NCBI GenBank assembly: GCA_050950765.1
Contig: JBMNIF010000003.1
Location: 416,001 to 480,000 of the forward strand
From: Bdellovibrionota bacterium
GTDB lineage: Bacteria; Bdellovibrionota_C; UBA2361; JAAYZI01
Length of the DNA stretch: 64,000 nucleotides
Direction: 5' to 3'
The notes under the pieces were generated by a model, which saw nothing but the letters and a program-made list of their open reading frames with translations, was not told where the DNA came from and did no database searches. The position numbers and the translations under genes are program-made. Below, piece by piece: positions 59,846 through 64,000 of this stretch (the first letter of the stretch is position 1; every line of letters starts with the position of its first letter).

Positions 59846-60991
59846 TCAGCTCGCAAAAAGATGTCCTTTTCTTATATTAACACCAAATACCAATCCTAGC
59901 AGAAATAAATTAGTAAGAAGCGCAGATCCTCCGTAACTGAAGAGGGGTAACGGAATACCTACTACAGGTAAGATGCCAACTACCATCCCAACGTTTACAA
60001 AAAGATGAAACGCAATAAGTATTGTAATTCCAACCACTAACAGCCCAGAAAAAAGGTCTTTACTGTGCCGCGCAATCCGTAACATTCTATAAAGCATAAA
60101 GAAAAACAGTGTTAAAACTACCAAACAACCGACAAACCCCCACTCTTCCGCTAAAACAGAAAAAATAAAATCAGTGGTGTGCTCGGGCAGGAACTCCAAT
60201 TGCGACTGAGTTCCCTGCAACATTCCTTTCCCAAATAGACCCCCCGATCCTACGGCAATCTTCGATTGAATAATGTGATATCCACTACCCAACGGATCGG
60301 CATCGGGATCAATCAGAGTCATTACACGCCTTTTCTGATATTCTTTAAGTAAAAAATTCCAAATTGGAAAAACAGAAATAATTCCAACACCACCTACTAA
60401 GATCAGTGTGCGCAACTTAATTCCAACGAAAAGCAACATCCCGAATCCTATGGCAGCGATAACCAACGCCGTACCCAAATCTGGTTGTGCCATAATTAAC
60501 GCCATAGGAATTAAAGTAAACAGCGTTGGAAGAAAGAGTTGCTTTAACCCATACCCTCCTTCTTCTGGGAGATTTTTAGAAAGATACCGTGACATCGTTA
60601 AGATTAATGAGAGTTTCATCAATTCAGAAGGTTGAAAATGCGCAAACTCCAAATCAAACCAACGCCTAGCACCATGAGACCAAGTTCCGACTAGCAGCAC
60701 AGCAACCAGCAGCAGCAATACCACTATGTAACTCGGATAAGCTATCTTATAAAGAAATTTCGGCGGAATACTCACCGCAGCCAACATGATGAGTAATCCT
60801 ATAAGCCAAAAAAAGATCTGTTTTAGAAATGGTTTACTATACGTTTCTATCGGCAACCAACCCAACGTCTCTGAAACATCTTCATTAAATCCGGCGCTAT
60901 AAAGCACCGTTAAACCGCACACACAGATTAACATGATACAGATGAACAATGCCCAATCAAAATGATAAAAAAATCTTCTATCTATAACCAT
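59846..60991 (-). CDS. rodA: Rod shape-determining SEDS glycosyltransferase
   Basis: GARRW, QPSELMK, QPDLGT, GYHIIQSKIAVGSGG, PEHTTDFIF, PLPLFSYGGS. Confidence 0.96.
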   Translation of the reverse strand: MVIDRRFFYHFDWALFICIMLICVCGLTVLYSAGFNEDVSETLGWLPIETYSKPFLKQIFFWLIGLLIMLAAVSIPPKFLYKIAYPSYIVVLLLLVAVLLVGTWSHGARRWFDLEFAHFQPSELMKLSLILTMSRYLSKNLPEEGGYGLKQLFLPTLFTLIPMALIMAQPDLGTALVIAAIGFGMLLFVGIKLRTLILVGGVGIISVFPIWNFLLKEYQKRRVMTLIDPDADPLGSGYHIIQSKIAVGSGGLFGKGMLQGTQSQLEFLPEHTTDFIFSVLAEEWGFVGCLVVLTLFFFMLYRMLRIARHSKDLFSGLLVVGITILIAFHLFVNVGMVVGILPVVGIPLPLFSYGGSALLTNLFLLGLVFGVNIRKGHLFAS

Positions 60992-61019
60992 CTGAATCGT
61001 TCTTCACAAAAAATTTTAT

Positions 61020-62897
61020 TCACTCCACCGGTTTTTCTTTTACCACATCAAACGTCTGCTCATTAGCTGGTGCCGGTAGATCTCTTACTAAATAAGCCTG
61101 CATAATTTTTTTTGCGATAGGCGCAGAAGTCACACCTCCATGACCTCCTCCTTCCACCACAACTGCCACCGCTATACGAGGATCTTGTGCAGGCGCAAAA
61201 CCACTGAACCACGCTAATGAATCTTCATTTTTTAAAGTTTTAGTCCCTATCATTTTTTTAGTCTGCGCAGTTCCTGTTTTACCGCCAACTTCAATGCCGA
61301 ACTCCTTCAACGCTGCACGCCCTCCCGTACCTCCTGCTTCATTAACAACCGAAACTAAAGCGTCCCGTACTGTATTCAAAACCCAATCTTCTACTCCTAA
61401 CGTTTGTTGTTCAACAATCTTTCCTTCATAATGTAACGTTCCATCTTGCAACTCGACCTCTTTAACTAAATATGGTTTCAAGACCCTTCCCCCATTAACC
61501 AAAGCTGCCATAGCACGTGCTACCTGTAATGGAGTAACTGCGATAGCTCCTTGCCCGATAGAAACAGAAGGAGTTTCACCTGGATACCACTTATTATCCG
61601 GTGCTTTGTACATCTTCTTTTTCCACTTTGTAGAAGGGATTAATCCAACCTGTTCATCAACCAGCTCTAATCCTGTCTTTTTTCCAAAGCCAAAGCGCGT
61701 AGCATAATCATGAATGCGATCAACCCCTAAACGTTGCCCGACTGTATAAAAATAAACGTTACACGATTTTTTTAACGCATCCTTTATATCCATTGCACCG
61801 TGTCTGCCATGACAACTAAAAGCCCTACCTTTGCCTACTTGAAAAGTACCGCCACAGTGGATAATTTCAGAAGGTTTGACAACGCCTTCTGACAAACCAG
61901 CAACGCCAACAATAGCTTTAAAGACGGACCCTAAAGGATAGACCCCTTGAACCACTCTATTATTTAAAATCTTATCAGGCCCATTTAGCTCCGCCCAAAC
62001 TTTAGCTGAAATACCATCAACAAAGAGATTTGGATCAAAACTAGGTTTAGATGTCATCGCTAAAATCTCGCCTGTCTGCGGATCCAACGCAACAGCAGCT
62101 CCTTTTAAGCCTGTCATAGCTTCTTCCATAGCTTGCTGAGTTCTATAATCTATGGTCAATGTAACATTATGGCCAGGTTTTTCACCTTCATAGTAAGCAT
62201 CTTTAAGACGAGTTCCTGAAGCATTGACAAAAATCCCTTTTGTCCCACGCCGTCCCTGTAAGAGCCGTTCTTGTAAACGCTCAACACCGTATTTACCAAC
62301 TATATCTCCTTGTCGATAACCGGAAAAATTAGGACTTTCTAATTGAGCTTGCGAGATCTCACCGATATATCCCAACACATGCGAAGCCCAATCATCATAG
62401 ATATAAATTCTAGCGGGAACCGTATTTATCGCTATGCCTTTTAATGTATGTTTGCGCGCTGCGATATGCGCCACATCCTCCCTAGAGATATCCTTTAATA
62501 TTAAACGTGGTTCAAAACGTCGTCTTTTCCTTTGAGGCTGAGAGGAAACTTCTTTCAGTTGTTGTGGATCTTTTCCTATAATTTTAGCAAGGTCATACAA
62601 AGTCTGATCACAACTTGCGCCACAATCTTCTTTAACAAGTTCAATATCAAAGGACGGTCTATTTTTTACTAAAACTTCACCACCTCTGGCATAGATCTCT
62701 CCACGTGGCGGATTTAAATAAACCTCTCTTAAACGGTTGTTTTCCGAACGGGTTTGAAAATATTCGCCGTGTAAAATCTGTAAATACCATAGCCTTAAAC
62801 TAATGATGAAAAAGATCAGTAGAATGATGCCAGATGCAATTCTAGAACGTAAAACCAGATTTAGAGAATTCGCATCTGAAATTTTCATCATCTTCAC
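61020..62897 (-). CDS. mrdA: Penicillin-binding protein 2
   Basis: PPRGEI, G..GVE, SVFK (SxxK), SCN (SxN), KTGTAQ. Confidence 0.95.
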   Translation of the reverse strand: MKMMKISDANSLNLVLRSRIASGIILLIFFIISLRLWYLQILHGEYFQTRSENNRLREVYLNPPRGEIYARGGEVLVKNRPSFDIELVKEDCGASCDQTLYDLAKIIGKDPQQLKEVSSQPQRKRRRFEPRLILKDISREDVAHIAARKHTLKGIAINTVPARIYIYDDWASHVLGYIGEISQAQLESPNFSGYRQGDIVGKYGVERLQERLLQGRRGTKGIFVNASGTRLKDAYYEGEKPGHNVTLTIDYRTQQAMEEAMTGLKGAAVALDPQTGEILAMTSKPSFDPNLFVDGISAKVWAELNGPDKILNNRVVQGVYPLGSVFKAIVGVAGLSEGVVKPSEIIHCGGTFQVGKGRAFSCHGRHGAMDIKDALKKSCNVYFYTVGQRLGVDRIHDYATRFGFGKKTGLELVDEQVGLIPSTKWKKKMYKAPDNKWYPGETPSVSIGQGAIAVTPLQVARAMAALVNGGRVLKPYLVKEVELQDGTLHYEGKIVEQQTLGVEDWVLNTVRDALVSVVNEAGGTGGRAALKEFGIEVGGKTGTAQTKKMIGTKTLKNEDSLAWFSGFAPAQDPRIAVAVVVEGGGHGGVTSAPIAKKIMQAYLVRDLPAPANEQTFDVVKEKPVE

Positions 62898-62898
62898 A

Positions 62899-63420
62899 TT
62901 ATTTTTTTACAATCTGATATTCACTAATGCCAACAAGAGTTTTGTTCGCAATTTTACGTCTAAAAAAGTAAAATAAAAACGGAGCTATGATAGCTCCTAA
63001 AGCAGCTTCCAATATCGTGTCGAAAAGGATGCTCCATTCATAATTAATTTCATCATGCACAAGCGCCAAGATTAGATGATGCAAAGACACCGTTAAAAAT
63101 GACGCAATAAAAACCCCTATAACAATCACAAAAGCAGACTCAATAAAGACTCGTTGCGAAGACAACACCAATAAAGCAAATACTAAAACATACGCTCCTG
63201 CCCATGGTCCAAGCAACACTCCACTACACAGATCCAATTCAAATCCAAGCGCAAACGCTAAAATAGCTCCTCTAACATTAGGCTCATAGAATGCTAAATA
63301 AACCAGAACCACCGCCAACAGATTCGGCACCACCATTGCAGGTGCGATCATTTTTAAGATCGTCCCTGGGATAAGAATTGCCAGCATGCCTAAGAATAGT
63401 ATAAAGGATGATTTTTTCAT
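62899..63420 (-). CDS. mreD: Rod shape-determining protein MreD
   Basis: Hydrophobic 173-aa protein, PNL...G..LD..SG..LG, located between mreC and mrdA. Confidence 0.88.
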   Translation of the reverse strand: MKKSSFILFLGMLAILIPGTILKMIAPAMVVPNLLAVVLVYLAFYEPNVRGAILAFALGFELDLCSGVLLGPWAGAYVLVFALLVLSSQRVFIESAFVIVIGVFIASFLTVSLHHLILALVHDEINYEWSILFDTILEAALGAIIAPFLFYFFRRKIANKTLVGISEYQIVKK

Positions 63421-64000
63421 TCTACCTCTTCTGCCTCTGACTGTTCTCCGACAACGATCAAAACATCCTCTAATTTATTAAAATCGATAGACGTTCTAAC
63501 CTTCAAATCTCGGAACAGAGTTCCCTTCTCATAATCCCCGACAAAAGACACCACCCCAAGTAACAACCCTTTAGGATAGATTCCATCCAATCCAGAAGTA
63601 ATAACCCTATCTCCGAGCCTGACATCCTCTTCACTTTTTACAAATTGCAAACGATAAAAATTTCCGCCTGTACCTTCAACCACACCACGCGTTCGAGTAC
63701 GTTGAATTATAGCATCAGCACCACTACTGGGATCACTTAAAAGAAGAACTTGCGAAGTGTGCAATCCAACCGATACGATCTGTCCGACTACACCATTTCC
63801 GGAAATAACCGCCATCCCTTCCTTAATGTTATCATTCATACCACGATTGACGGTAATTTTTTTTGACCAATTGGTAGGATCGTAAGCTAAAACTCTAGCG
63901 ATATAACCATTCAAAGCCGATGCTTCTGCAACATTCAACAAACTCTTTAAGCGCTCATTTTCACTTGCCAATTCGATTAGTTTTGAGTTTTCAGCTTCAA
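63417..64000 (-). CDS. mreC: Rod shape-determining protein MreC, 5' end outside the window
   Basis: EN.RLK.LL, GVVGQI, TSGLDGIYPKG; frame open to the window edge. Confidence 0.93.
   Translation of the reverse strand, partial: EAENSKLIELASENERLKSLLNVAEASALNGYIARVLAYDPTNWSKKITVNRGMNDNIKEGMAVISGNGVVGQIVSVGLHTSQVLLLSDPSSGADAIIQRTRTRGVVEGTGGNFYRLQFVKSEEDVRLGDRVITSGLDGIYPKGLLLGVVSFVGDYEKGTLFRDLKVRTSIDFNKLEDVLIVVGEQSEAEEVE

Noticed and set aside
1..64000. tRNA/rRNA genes, prophage, defence systems
   Set aside because: None recognised by eye; a tRNAscan/Infernal run would be needed to exclude small RNAs

Overview
AT-rich bacterial chromosomal window with a deltaproteobacterial/Bdellovibrionota-like gene complement (taxonomy is inferred, not shown). 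It holds housekeeping genes (gcvH, folD, sppA, DUF59, an EF-G paralog, pepP, mreC-mreD-mrdA-rodA) and a fliK-flgD-flgE operon with a sigma54-like promoter. It also has a Wzm/Wzt surface-polysaccharide locus with a 1585-aa methyltransferase/coiled-coil/GT2 fusion, three GT-C-like membrane proteins (two are a recent tandem duplication), an acyl-CoA dehydrogenase plus FixC/ETF-QO-ferredoxin pair, two aas paralogs, an intact IS1634 element with a 6-bp TSD, and a very divergent flagellin-like gene. The most unusual feature is five intergenic arrays (about 4.2 kb, roughly 50 copies by manual count) of a constant near-palindromic core GGTGCCACCC. The cores are separated by a small shared library of fixed-length modules (88, 89, 53, 59 and about 90-98 bp) in shuffled order. 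These arrays are not CRISPR, and no cognate recombinase or RAYT gene is visible in the window. Protein calls are from motif recognition by eye; no database searches were run.
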